Origin: Thermoprotei archaeon
Lineage (GTDB): Archaea > Thermoproteota > Thermoprotei_A > Sulfolobales > Desulfurococcaceae
Assembly: GCA_040514375.1 (NCBI GenBank)
Contig: JBEVCI010000010.1
Location: forward strand, 27,163 to 91,162
Direction of reading: 5' to 3'
Length of the DNA: 64,000 nt
Notes under the pieces: model-generated
The model's database searches: none
Seen by the model: the letters and a program-made list of their open reading frames with translations, nothing else
What the model was told of the DNA's origin: nothing
Made by a program: the position numbers and the translations under genes
In this document: positions 1-9,847 of the stretch, piece by piece
How the letters are laid out: each line of letters begins with the position of its first letter
Position numbering within the stretch: the first letter of the stretch is position 1

Positions 1-99
1 GGGGCCAACCACAGAAATGCTTTGGAGATTAGTAGTGAATAATGTATAGAGAGAATTTGGTAGTTTACCTTTATGGTTTGTGTTGTGTCTTCTACCTTT

Positions 100-381
100 T
101 TATTTATATGCTTTGCCTCTATAGTGAATGTGGTATACGTAAATTATCTTTGCATCGAAGTCTATTTTGAAGATTATACGTATGTCGCCGACCCGCATTC
201 TTAGAAAGCCTTTCCATTCTCCTCGTAGCTTTCGTATATCTAGCCTACGATACGGTAGTATACCACGTTCTAAGGCTTCCAAAAGCTCGCTAAGCCTTTC
301 TTCCACCAAGCTTCTCTTATCGCCGGGGATCTCCTCAAAGAATTTAAGAGCCTTGCGATGAATCCTTATCTTCCACTCCAC
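100..381 (-). CDS. RelE/ParE-family type II toxin
   Basis: 93-aa basic ORF. The C-terminal pattern GFLRMRVGDIRIIFKIDFDAKIIYVYHIHYRGKAY is typical of RelE/StbE-like toxins. It overlaps the upstream small acidic ORF by 16 nt. Confidence 0.7.
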   Translation of the reverse strand: MEWKIRIHRKALKFFEEIPGDKRSLVEERLSELLEALERGILPYRRLDIRKLRGEWKGFLRMRVGDIRIIFKIDFDAKIIYVYHIHYRGKAYK

Positions 382-551
382 TCTACAAAGTCCTCCTCTT
401 TATAATCGCTTGGCTTACCAGCAACCATCTCTATTTCCTTTTGTTCTTCTTCACTAACTTCCGGTAAGAGCTCCACGAGTGCTTCCAGTAATGCTCGTTT
501 TACCTCCTCTCGAACAATACGACGCAACACGTCAATACTAATTTGGGTCAT
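366..551 (-). CDS. putative antitoxin partner of the RelE-like toxin
   Basis: Internal ATG at 551 is preceded by GGTGGAGAG. The 61-aa acidic product starts MTQISIDVLRRIVREEV. The longer 102-aa ORF from 674 has a non-protein-like N-terminus. Confidence 0.5.
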   Translation of the reverse strand: MTQISIDVLRRIVREEVKRALLEALVELLPEVSEEEQKEIEMVAGKPSDYKEEDFVEWSGR

Positions 552-1049
552 AGTGCTCTCTCCACCTAGCAGTATATGGTCTTTAACCTTACTAAGCTTT
601 ACCTTAAACCAATAGCCCCGGCGAAACCCTAACCGGGGTTTTCCCCAACATATACTCTCTAAGCTCTCTCCCATCTCCTTCCTAATAGAGGGATTTAGGA
701 GTTGTTTCGGCTTCTATACTTAGTGGGATCTGTTTTCTACGAGTTTCCCCAAGGTTCATCTGGAGTATATCATCGGCTTCGCCTTCCTTTCAGGATAACC
801 CTACTCCTTGGAATCGAGGGAATCGTATCCTTTCAAACCTTTATAGAAGAAGGAAACTTCCAACTCCTAGCAAAATATTATTGTTAAACACTACTATCGA
901 TCATAGATAATAGCATGCCAAGACTAAGACCAGACCAAGCAATAGGATTTCTATGGAAATACCCATTACCACTAACGGTAATAGCACTAATAGCGGCGTG
1001 GATCGCGATCATCTAAACCACTTATACCCAGAGTTCCCTGCTTAGTAGT

Positions 1050-1982
1050 TCAGAACTCGATGATATAGGATACTGAGTTATTTATTATCGTAAATCCTCT
1101 CTCAAGATAGTACTTCTCGAGTCCTTCAACAGCATCTAGGTAGATATCTCTGATCCCGCTACTCAGTAGGTAATCAATAGCTTTGACTAGCAGAGCAGTA
1201 CCCACGCCCCGTCTCTGGTACTTCTTCTTAACAGCTAGTGTATAGATATACGCTATTCTCGAACCACTAATATTCTCGTAAACCCTGTAATCACAATACC
1301 CAATTGCTTCATCACTACTATACGCTATTATCGCGAAAATCTCGTTCTGGTATCTCTTATAGAATCTCTCAGCATCTTCCACACTCCATGGATAAAACCA
1401 TGGATAGATAGAGAAAGCATCATTGTATATCTCGACAATATCCTTTATACTCTCCAATCCTCTATGCCTAAACACCAGATCTCTCCGTTCCCCTAGCTTG
1501 CTTCGAAAGACTCGATAACGCTTAGTGTCTAGTTTCATTAGAGTAGCCGTATACTTTGCTATAACATGACTAAAGATGCTTCGATAAACCCTATCAAGTA
1601 AGCGGTACTCATAACTAGCCATTAACTGTACTAGTGGAGTAGTCATTCCATATGATAATAGCCTATGCCGAGAACACTCTAGTAAACCCGTAACTACGTT
1701 GGTGACAACACTATTGGATAGCCTCGGATCAAACCTAATTATTACACGTGGTGGAACTGTGTCTACTCGTACATATGAGTATCCATAAACGCTACCATTA
1801 CCCACTGCTAAACACATGTCAAGAGGGTTAAACCACGAAGCATTAAACCACGTATCATAGAGTTCACCGATATTGTACTCCTGTCCTACATCCGGATACT
1901 CTACCCTAACAAACTCGTTAAGCATTTCTACAAAACCACGGTCATAGATACCTCCGCGATAACCCCATACGATCCTAAACAA
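1050..1982 (-). CDS. GNAT-family N-acetyltransferase with a long N-terminal extension
   Basis: C-terminal acetyl-CoA binding motif QRRGVGTALLVKAIDYL, followed by YLDAVEGLEKYYLERGF. Confidence 0.7.
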   Translation of the reverse strand: MFRIVWGYRGGIYDRGFVEMLNEFVRVEYPDVGQEYNIGELYDTWFNASWFNPLDMCLAVGNGSVYGYSYVRVDTVPPRVIIRFDPRLSNSVVTNVVTGLLECSRHRLLSYGMTTPLVQLMASYEYRLLDRVYRSIFSHVIAKYTATLMKLDTKRYRVFRSKLGERRDLVFRHRGLESIKDIVEIYNDAFSIYPWFYPWSVEDAERFYKRYQNEIFAIIAYSSDEAIGYCDYRVYENISGSRIAYIYTLAVKKKYQRRGVGTALLVKAIDYLLSSGIRDIYLDAVEGLEKYYLERGFTIINNSVSYIIEF

Positions 1983-2167
1983 TGACCCTCACCCCAGAGC
2001 TACAGACTAAAACACGATATCACAACTCTTAGGATACGGCTTCTGCAGCGTTTATACAACCCATGTCTAACTATTAAACACTCATCCACATATCTGTATT
2101 CCACGAGATACCGGTACTGTGAACACATTTTACTAAGACATGGTATAGCCTATTATCGGGTGAAACC

Positions 2168-2779
2168 GTGAAAGTCATAGATAATATTCACTTGATTAAG
2201 GTAGACTTCGTAAACGTGTACTTACTAGTACACGGAGAGGGATTAGTACTAATTGATGCAGGACTCCCTGATCGCGGGAAAGAGGTAATAAGTTATATCG
2301 GGGAACTAGGCTATAGCCCAGGCGATCTAAAAGCCATCATCATAACTCACCACCACTACGACCATACCGGTGGACTGAGAGAGATTATCGAGAAAACAGG
2401 AGCTAAAACCTATGCTCACGGCGCTGAAAAAGACCTCATAAAAGAGAGAACCGGTATAGTGGTTGATAACGAGTTAAAGGACGGAGACACAATATATGGT
2501 TTAAGAGTCATACACACTCCAGGACACACACCTGGACACATATGTCTACTACACACTGATACGGGTAGTTTGTTTGTAGGAGACCTCATCTATGAAGAAA
2601 ATGGAGAACTCAAGGAAATCCCTCACAAATACTCTATGGACCCAATGAAAAACCGTGAAGCTATAAAGAAGCTTCTAGAAATAGAGTTTAAACACATACT
2701 ACCAAGTCATGGAAAACCCATACTCAATACCGGTAAACAAGAGCTAGAGAGACTAGTTAAGAAACTGGAAACCCCATAA
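2168..2779 (+). CDS. MBL-fold metallo-hydrolase
   Basis: HHHYDHTGG (HxHxDH) zinc motif, a later HTPGHTPGH, and a GTG start preceded by GGTGA. Confidence 0.85.
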   Translation: MKVIDNIHLIKVDFVNVYLLVHGEGLVLIDAGLPDRGKEVISYIGELGYSPGDLKAIIITHHHYDHTGGLREIIEKTGAKTYAHGAEKDLIKERTGIVVDNELKDGDTIYGLRVIHTPGHTPGHICLLHTDTGSLFVGDLIYEENGELKEIPHKYSMDPMKNREAIKKLLEIEFKHILPSHGKPILNTGKQELERLVKKLETP

Positions 2780-2905
2780 ACCTTGACTTACCTTTTTATC
2801 CACTAAATACCACATAGTTATATATTACCATAGTTTTGATCCGTGTTCATTCTTATTTTATCCTAGTCAACTCTTACACGATACAAGGGAGAGAAATGGG
2901 TTCTG

Positions 2906-3577
2906 TTAATAGGGTTTACCGTATAGTTTGCCATGTAGAACTTCTTGTAGTATGAGTTCGGTATTGATCATTTTCTTGTGAGCTTCTAGTTTTATGGTCT
3001 TATTCCTTACTAGTGCTCTGAATTCCTGTTTAGCTGGGTCTAGGCTGTATAGGATATAGGCGGGTTTTAGCTGAGCTCTTAACGTGTCTCTGAATCCGAG
3101 TCGTCCCACGAGATCCATTAGCATTTCCCTACGCAGTAATAATCCGCGGTAAATACCGCGTTTAACAGCTTTTTCTAATTGGAGCCAGAAAATCGATTTT
3201 ATCATATCGCGCTTAGTTATTGGTTTATAGTCTTTAGATGCTTCTTCGATCAGGGACTCAACAGCGTTAATCGCGTCTCTTATACAGGATTCTATGTCTT
3301 TTGCTGTACACGGTAGTTTTTTAGCGAGTACGTTAAATGTGTATTGTCCACCAAATACTAGGTGCTTTAGCGGTATAGGGATTTTGTATGATAATAGGAT
3401 CCTAGACTCTGGTTGTTCAGCATATTCTTTAAAAGCATATGCGTGGAGAGAACAGTCAAACACGTATACATCGCTAGTGTTTTCCGGTACTAAGAGACCC
3501 CCATATCCCCAGAAACAGATCTTGCCCTCGTAGCAGTACTTGTTTACAAGCCCCTTTTCTACTCCCAGGTAAAGCAT
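2906..3577 (-). CDS. hypothetical protein (223 aa), no recognisable motif
   Basis: Long ORF with protein-like composition. The antisense ORF 3294..3533 is Ser/Cys-rich and looks spurious. Confidence 0.5.
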   Translation of the reverse strand: MLYLGVEKGLVNKYCYEGKICFWGYGGLLVPENTSDVYVFDCSLHAYAFKEYAEQPESRILLSYKIPIPLKHLVFGGQYTFNVLAKKLPCTAKDIESCIRDAINAVESLIEEASKDYKPITKRDMIKSIFWLQLEKAVKRGIYRGLLLRREMLMDLVGRLGFRDTLRAQLKPAYILYSLDPAKQEFRALVRNKTIKLEAHKKMINTELILQEVLHGKLYGKPY

Positions 3578-3646
3578 AGCTTATAGCCCCATAAGGGGTA
3601 TCAGTATTATGTACTATATTACTTACTGTACGGTATATATCGTTAC

Positions 3647-3768
3647 TCATTCTATAGCTTGGTCGAGCAACTGTATCAGGTAGTAACCCCTAGGCAGCCG
3701 TGGATCAAACCTGGTTATTATACGTAGAGGAGTTGTATCACGATCTTCTATACCATGGTTATAGCGTT
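3647..3768 (-). pseudogene. fragment of a GNAT paralog (related to residues ~70-110 of the 1050..1982 gene)
   Basis: The minus-strand translation RYNHGIEDRDTTPLRIITRFDPRL aligns with YGYSYVRVDTVPPRVIIRFDPRL of the intact gene. The DNA block ggatcaaacctggttattatacgt matches ggatcaaacctaattattacacgt at about 1725-1750. Confidence 0.5.
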
Positions 3769-3874
3769 AAGTGTAATGTTGTTTAAAGTGTTGTTTAGCT
3801 AATGGATGTTAGGAAAAGCTTATAAGTAATTTTTTGATTACATATAATTTAGTGATTACAGTGGTGGTGAACTA

Positions 3875-4189
3875 GTGTGCATAGATGTAGAAAAACTCGC
3901 AGAGAAACTAGATGGGTTAGCACATCCGATCAGGCTGAGAATAGTCTATTTATTAGCACGTGAGGGGAGGAGCATGTATTTGAGCGAGATAGCTTCTCGA
4001 CTAGGTATTAGTCGTGCACTAGCTAAGATACATTTGAAGAAGCTCGAGAAAGCAGGTATTGTAAAGAGTAGCGTATACCTGCTGGAAGAAGAGGCTAGAG
4101 CACTGCGTTTTTATAAACTAGTTGATTTCCATATCGAGATATCGCCTAAGAAACTTGTTGAAGAGGGGATATGTAATGAGAGCCGCTAG
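3875..4189 (+). CDS. ArsR-family winged-helix transcriptional regulator
   Basis: LAHPIRLRIVYLLAREGRSMYLSEIASRLGISRALAKIHLKKLEKAGIV is a classic ArsR/SmtB HTH. Confidence 0.75.
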   Translation: MCIDVEKLAEKLDGLAHPIRLRIVYLLAREGRSMYLSEIASRLGISRALAKIHLKKLEKAGIVKSSVYLLEEEARALRFYKLVDFHIEISPKKLVEEGICNESR

Positions 4190-4457
4190 TCTACCTCTTG
4201 CACTCTACTGGGTTATGGTAGCTGTGGTACTAGGGCTTTATATCTGGGTATTGAAAACTGTCGACATAGGATTCTACATACTATTCGTAATACTGGTAAC
4301 ACTCGGCATCGGGTATAGTATCGTCTATGGGGGCTCCGAAGCAACATCTAGCATGTTCAGGATAACGAGTATCGATAAGAGAATAGATAAAATCGAGGAA
4401 AAACTAGACCAAATACTAAAATCAATTGAAGGATTAAAGAAGCTTCTCGAAGAATAG
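4176..4457 (+). CDS. small membrane protein with a C-terminal coiled-coil tail
   Basis: ATG at 4176 is preceded by GAGGGG and overlaps the ArsR stop. Two predicted TM helices are followed by IDKRIDKIEEKLDQILKSIEGLKKLLEE. Confidence 0.5.
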   Translation: MRAASLPLALYWVMVAVVLGLYIWVLKTVDIGFYILFVILVTLGIGYSIVYGGSEATSSMFRITSIDKRIDKIEEKLDQILKSIEGLKKLLEE

Positions 4458-4561
4458 GGCTTTTTCACATTTCTCGCATCTTTCTCCACGATTTTCTCGT
4501 TAACTCGGTTATCATAGTTTTTATAACGAGTTTATCATATACTCCTAGCGGGGTATCGTGG

Positions 4562-5977
4562 TTGATTAGAGCAGCTATTGAGAGAGCAGGCTATACTAGT
4601 GGGTCTACCATACTCAGTGATGTAAAAATAAGTGTTGAGCCGGGCGAGGTACTACTAGTTACTGGTGTTAGTGGTAGTGGTAAGACAACACTATTACTAA
4701 GTATTACTGGTGTCGTAAAACACCTGCTCTATGGCTTCGTAGAGGGTAGTATCGACATAAGTGGTGTTAATCCGCTTGATTACCAGGGTTTTCTCGAGAT
4801 ACCCCGTATTGCTGGCTTTGTACTACAGGATCCCGAGAAACAGATAGCAATGCCTACTCCATGGGATGAGGTAGCCTTTACATTAGAGAACCTCGGTTAT
4901 AGCGAAGAGGAGATCGGTAAGAGGACTAGACACTATCTCGAACGCTACGGATTACTGAGTAAAGCGTATAAGCATGTAGAAGAACTTAGTGGTGGCGAAA
5001 AGCGAAGACTAACTATTGCTGCAGCACTAGTACACGAACCCAGAGTAGTATTTCTAGATGAGCCAACAGCCTCTGTTGATCCCTGGGGTGTTAAGTGGGT
5101 TCGCGAAGAGATTAAGGAGTTCAAGAAAAGGGGATACATAGTCATCGTTATTGAGCACAAAGCTAAGTATTTCCTGGACCTAGCTGACCGCGTCATGGTT
5201 ATGGATAATGGTAGAGTTAGATCAATGTATGATACACCACTGAGCGAGAATGAGAGAGTACTCCTCGAGGAAATGGGTATTGATGCACGCCCTGTTCTCA
5301 GAATACGTGAAAAAAGGCAAGAGCTTGGTGAGGTAGTACTATCTACTCGCGGTCTTAGCGTAGGATATAGTGGTGAATCTGTTGTTGACTCGGTTGATCT
5401 AGAGGTTAGGAGAGGCGAAGTATTAGCTGTTATAGGACCCAATGGTTCTGGTAAAACAACTCTCTTGAAAACACTTGTAGGAGGATTGAAACCAGTTAGT
5501 GGAGAAATTATAAGGAGAGGCAGAATATTCTATGTTCCACAACAACCAGACTACTTGTTTATCAAGCTTAGTCTTGAGTCAGAAATTAGGGATACATCAC
5601 GTAAAACAGGAGTTTCTCTCAACGAGCTCGTAGAGCTAATACCATGGTATAGTAGTACTGCGAAGCAATCACCCTATAGACTTAGTCATGGTCAGAGGCG
5701 ATGGCTTTCAATAGTTATAGCATATGCTTACTCACGCGACGTAATACTATTGGATGAGCCTACTACTGGGCTCGATTATGGGCTTTTCAAAGAACTCGCT
5801 GAAATAATAGATAAACTACGCAGGAGAGGAACGGGTTTTATAATAGCTACTCACGATCCCCGTATAGTTGCTGAAATAGCTGATAATGTTCTCCTCATCG
5901 AGAAGGGTAGAGCTCGTTATGTTGATCGTGAATGGGCTTTGAGGTATCTCGAAGAAAGTAGTGGTGTAAAGCTATGA
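4562..5977 (+). CDS. ECF/ABC transporter ATP-binding protein, fused double ATPase (YkoD/CbiO-like)
   Basis: Two Walker A motifs (GVSGSGKT, GPNGSGKT), two signature-like motifs (LSGGEKRR, LSHGQRRW) and two Walker B motifs (VVFLDEPT, ILLDEPT). Confidence 0.85.
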   Translation: MIRAAIERAGYTSGSTILSDVKISVEPGEVLLVTGVSGSGKTTLLLSITGVVKHLLYGFVEGSIDISGVNPLDYQGFLEIPRIAGFVLQDPEKQIAMPTPWDEVAFTLENLGYSEEEIGKRTRHYLERYGLLSKAYKHVEELSGGEKRRLTIAAALVHEPRVVFLDEPTASVDPWGVKWVREEIKEFKKRGYIVIVIEHKAKYFLDLADRVMVMDNGRVRSMYDTPLSENERVLLEEMGIDARPVLRIREKRQELGEVVLSTRGLSVGYSGESVVDSVDLEVRRGEVLAVIGPNGSGKTTLLKTLVGGLKPVSGEIIRRGRIFYVPQQPDYLFIKLSLESEIRDTSRKTGVSLNELVELIPWYSSTAKQSPYRLSHGQRRWLSIVIAYAYSRDVILLDEPTTGLDYGLFKELAEIIDKLRRRGTGFIIATHDPRIVAEIADNVLLIEKGRARYVDREWALRYLEESSGVKL

Positions 5978-6669
5978 GGAAACCACATGTATCAATAGTA
6001 TTCATATACGCTCTAGTAGTTACGATACTAGCGTTTGTGTATAGATCGGGGTATCCATTACTAGTCTTAACTATTGTTAACCTATTACTAGGATTCCCCA
6101 TAGGAGCTCTTCGCCACAAGTTTATAACAGCTATGCTATTACTAGCGATTTGGGGAGTATTTCTAAATGCGCTAATAGTAGCTAATACTGGAGAAGTAGT
6201 AGCTGTTCTAGGACCACTAGTTATCCGTAGTGGTGTAGTAGAAGCTGTTTCACGTATTGGTGCTAGGTTAACAGCTATTGCTGGTGCAGCTCTATTCTTC
6301 ATATCTCTCTATAACCCCTACGAGATAATACGCGGACTCGAATCAGAGCTTGGATTACCAAAGATAATATCTTTTCCACTAGCATATGGTCTTAGACTAT
6401 TACCACTAGTATCTCGCGATTTCAAAGAAATAAGACTGTGTAGGCGTGAGAGAAGCTATAGAGTAGTACCAGTTACACCAGGTGATATAGCTAGTTATCT
6501 ACAGCCACTACTCAGTATATCTCTCGAGAGAGCACTATGGACTGGTATAGCTATAGAACTACGCGGATTCTATCACAGGAAAACACGCTACAAAGGGTTT
6601 AAACCAAATACTGCTGATTACCTAGTATTAGCTATACTACTTGTACAGCTACTGATCCCATTTCTATAA
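5974..6669 (+). CDS. ECF transporter transmembrane (T) component, CbiQ/EcfT-like
   Basis: 4-nt overlap with the ATPase gene, a multi-TM profile, and the AIELRGF coupling-helix (A-x-x-x-R-G) motif. Confidence 0.7.
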   Translation: MRKPHVSIVFIYALVVTILAFVYRSGYPLLVLTIVNLLLGFPIGALRHKFITAMLLLAIWGVFLNALIVANTGEVVAVLGPLVIRSGVVEAVSRIGARLTAIAGAALFFISLYNPYEIIRGLESELGLPKIISFPLAYGLRLLPLVSRDFKEIRLCRRERSYRVVPVTPGDIASYLQPLLSISLERALWTGIAIELRGFYHRKTRYKGFKPNTADYLVLAILLVQLLIPFL

Positions 6670-6719
6670 CCTGGTTATCAAAGTATTTATTACCCATTTA
6701 TCAGTCTTAGAGAGAATGG

Positions 6720-7265
6720 GTGATCATAGTGACTACTAGACCTCCCCTAAGATACACTGGCGTGGACCTAGCCTTCCTCGGAGTAGTAGCTATTGTAGCT
6801 GGTATAATATTCTATTCAGCATGGTACGTCTACGACTTCGGCAAGGCCATAGGCGGTATCTATGCTAGTAGAGTACTAGCTTATGGACTGTGGTTTATAG
6901 GTGCACCACTAGCAGCGACACTAATACGAAAACCCGGAGCAGCGTTTCTCGGCGAGTTCTTAGGAGCACTAGTAGAAACTATAGTACCTACTGTTGGTGG
7001 TTTTACAAACTTAATCTATGGTGCTGCACAGGGATTTGCTAGCGAGATAGGGTATATGATACTAGGTTATAGGAGATGGGGTGCAGGAGCAGCAGCACTA
7101 GCTGGTGCATTAGCTGCATTCCCATGTATAGCACTAGACGCAGTACTATTTGCAGAAATATATCCCGCACCAGTAATGCTCGGGTTACTAGTAGCGGCTA
7201 TCATTAGTGGAGCAGTCTATGGAGCAATAGCAGCACTAGTAGTTAAAGGAATAACGCGTAGATAA
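6720..7265 (+). CDS. ECF substrate-capture (S) component-like membrane protein, possibly YkoE-type
   Basis: 181 aa, about 6 TM helices, Gly/Ala-rich, positioned directly after the A and T components. Confidence 0.45.
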   Translation: MIIVTTRPPLRYTGVDLAFLGVVAIVAGIIFYSAWYVYDFGKAIGGIYASRVLAYGLWFIGAPLAATLIRKPGAAFLGEFLGALVETIVPTVGGFTNLIYGAAQGFASEIGYMILGYRRWGAGAAALAGALAAFPCIALDAVLFAEIYPAPVMLGLLVAAIISGAVYGAIAALVVKGITRR

Positions 7266-7560
7266 GGTATTAACTAGACAAACACGGGAATCACTAGAAT
7301 CACTATCTAAGAAGACGCTATTTTCCTAATTCTTCCCGTAGCTATAAGGTCTTTATCGCATATGTTTTTAACTATTACTTGCCCGATCTCTATTGGGCAT
7401 CTACCACGAGATCAGCTGTTACACGCATAATCTCTTCTATACACTTCTTCGGTACGAGTTTACACGTTATGACTGATGTTGCGGGTAAATCACTATTCCT
7501 AGTCTTGATAACAGTCGTTACATATTCGGGTTCAATCACTAAACATCGCTATTTCAAGAG

Positions 7561-8832
7561 CTACTTCTTATACTTAGGGTAGAGTCTTAGCATTAATATC
7601 CATATAACTAATGGTATTATCCATAGCAGTACTATGGAGGTTATCGCGTATCTAGAAGCACTCGATATATCTAGTCCCAGCACTTCATAAAATTCTGCTT
7701 TTAGGAGACCATATAGTGTTGGTCCAATACCCCATCCGAGGTTATTCAGTATATTGAATACCGCGAAAGCTGTTGCTCTATATTCTGGTTCTATTACTTC
7801 GCTAAACACCGAGCTAATATTTGGATAAGCAAATGTCGTGAACATCATACCAGCTAATGCTATTATAGCAGGTAGTAGTAGTGCTCGTAAACTCTCATCA
7901 CCATATGGATAGGGGTATAGTACAAAACCCAGCATAACAACTATGCCTATAGCTACACCAAATATACTAACTTTTACCCTACCCAGGGGATCCCCCTTTC
8001 TAACCCGTCTATCAGCTAATAATCCACCTAGTATATGACCAGCAATAATCGAAAGCGATCCCAGGACTACTATTAATGTAGCGATACCACGGCTCACGCC
8101 CCATGCATCACATATGAAGTTTACAGCATAGCGTGCAATAGCACCCCATGGCATACCCCAGAAGAATATCAGTATATAGAAAGCTATTGCTGGCGGTGTT
8201 AGTGTTGCTCTTAGCGCAGTCCCTATAACGTATTCTCTTCGAGTAATACCTACACCAGCCTTCTCATATGCTCTAGTTAGCGTGAACGATGTTATGAAAG
8301 TCAATAGTATAACTAGCAAACCAAGCGATAGGTAGCCTGTACGCCAGTATATGATCAAACCTATTATTAACCCCACTATGTTGCCTAAAACACTACTAGC
8401 ATAGTATGACGCGTACCCTATACCTCTCCTAGACTCTGGTAGTGTATCAGCTATAGCACCCATAATAGCGGGATAGATACCATGCATACCTATAGCGAAT
8501 AAGGTGAAACCAATAACGAGTATATAGAGATTCGGAGAACCGGAAATTATGAGTAATCCAGCGCCGATCAATAAGCCGGTTATTATTAGCATTTTAACTT
8601 TACCTATTTTATCGGCAAGCATCCCCATTGGAATAGAGAGTATTACTCCGATTACCGCTGGTATCGTTAATAGATAGAAACCTGCAATGGCTTCATAATT
8701 ATAGATCTCGCCTGGTATTACTCCTTCTTCCCACATGGGTTTAACAACGTTTGCATACATATAACTAGCAGAAAAATACGTTAGGATCAGTATAGCTAGA
8801 AATACGAGGTGTCTCATAGAATCACGCCTCAC
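7561..8832 (-). CDS. MFS transporter
   Basis: About 12 TM helices with an MFS loop motif (GMLADKIGKVK). The start overlaps the upstream hydrolase stop (GTGA). Confidence 0.8.
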   Translation of the reverse strand: MRRDSMRHLVFLAILILTYFSASYMYANVVKPMWEEGVIPGEIYNYEAIAGFYLLTIPAVIGVILSIPMGMLADKIGKVKMLIITGLLIGAGLLIISGSPNLYILVIGFTLFAIGMHGIYPAIMGAIADTLPESRRGIGYASYYASSVLGNIVGLIIGLIIYWRTGYLSLGLLVILLTFITSFTLTRAYEKAGVGITRREYVIGTALRATLTPPAIAFYILIFFWGMPWGAIARYAVNFICDAWGVSRGIATLIVVLGSLSIIAGHILGGLLADRRVRKGDPLGRVKVSIFGVAIGIVVMLGFVLYPYPYGDESLRALLLPAIIALAGMMFTTFAYPNISSVFSEVIEPEYRATAFAVFNILNNLGWGIGPTLYGLLKAEFYEVLGLDISSASRYAITSIVLLWIIPLVIWILMLRLYPKYKK

Positions 8833-9731
8833 AAGTGTTTTTGAAGAAAACCAAGTAGTTTCTCCTCGTATTCACTCCGGTAATCCTTCCATGCTCCAAC
8901 ATGTCTTGTTTCAACATACCATGTTTCAACAACAGGAGCATTTTTGCGGAGAACTTCTTCTAGCTTTTTATACTCATCAAGCGATATCAAGTCATCACGT
9001 GTGGGTGCTACTAGCATTACTGGTACATGTACTTTCTCGGCATATTTATACATTACTAGCTCCTCGGGATCGACACCAATCCTCCTCGAGGTAAAGAACA
9101 TTATTAGGGGATATGCCATTCTAAGCAGTAAACCCAGAACTCCAGGTATTCTCATAATCCATCTCTTACCAGAAGATCTCACGTCAACGTATGGGCTATC
9201 AAGTACAATAGCGTCAACACCCGTCTTTGCAGCTGTCATGATAGAAATAGCGCCGCCCATAGAGAAACCGTAAACACCTATTCTCCCATAGCCGTTTCTT
9301 CGTAGAAAATCAACGAGTTCAACGACATCATCTGATTCGCGATAACCAAGTGTTGTGTATTCTCCATCGCTTTCTCCATGACCTCTCATATCAACAACTA
9401 GTACTGTATACCCATTCTTACCTAGAACCTCAAGAGCGGGTTTCATATAGTCTTCATCCCATTTACTAGAGGTATACCCATGGATTAGAACAATTGCTTT
9501 ATCAGTACTACCCTTAACTAGCCATCCTCTTAGAACAATACCCTCTCTAGTCTTATACTCTATACGCTCATAACTCAAGCCCAGATCGCTGGGCGTCCAC
9601 TTACCTATTCTTCGCGGAGGACTAGCTAGTCTACGAGAAGCAGCCAGAGCCAATACTACTAGCACTGCGAAGAATAAAACAATAATTGCAACAACTACCG
9701 CAATAACTAGAAATAACAAGTGTTGTATCAC
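8829..9731 (-). CDS. membrane-anchored alpha/beta hydrolase
   Basis: N-terminal TM helix, an HG oxyanion region (VLIHGY), a GFSMGG nucleophile elbow, and late Asp and His candidates. Confidence 0.8.
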   Translation of the reverse strand: MIQHLLFLVIAVVVAIIVLFFAVLVVLALAASRRLASPPRRIGKWTPSDLGLSYERIEYKTREGIVLRGWLVKGSTDKAIVLIHGYTSSKWDEDYMKPALEVLGKNGYTVLVVDMRGHGESDGEYTTLGYRESDDVVELVDFLRRNGYGRIGVYGFSMGGAISIMTAAKTGVDAIVLDSPYVDVRSSGKRWIMRIPGVLGLLLRMAYPLIMFFTSRRIGVDPEELVMYKYAEKVHVPVMLVAPTRDDLISLDEYKKLEEVLRKNAPVVETWYVETRHVGAWKDYRSEYEEKLLGFLQKHL

Positions 9732-9847
9732 CCATGAGAAGCCAATGAACGCTAAATTATATGTAGAGACAGGTTTCAGATAAATATCCTACTCTTCACT
9801 GTTCATCACGAGTAATTCTCATAGTATTAGCTAGGAGATAGCTAGTT

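Noticed and set aside
916-1017. 33-aa ORF MPRLRPDQAIGFLWKYPLPLTVIALIAAWIAII with one TM helix
   Set aside because: It is too short to support from sequence alone, with no clear promoter or ribosome-binding site. It could be real, but that is untestable here.
4945-6302. Minus-strand ORFs 4945..5442 and 5895..6302 inside the ECF ATPase/T genes
   Set aside because: They are antisense shadows of strongly supported ABC genes. Their Ser/Thr/Pro/Arg-rich, low-complexity composition carries no motifs.
7379-7582. 67-aa plus-strand ORF in the 7266-7560 intergenic region
   Set aside because: It starts with TTG, has an odd composition and runs into the convergent MFS gene end. It is probably non-coding.
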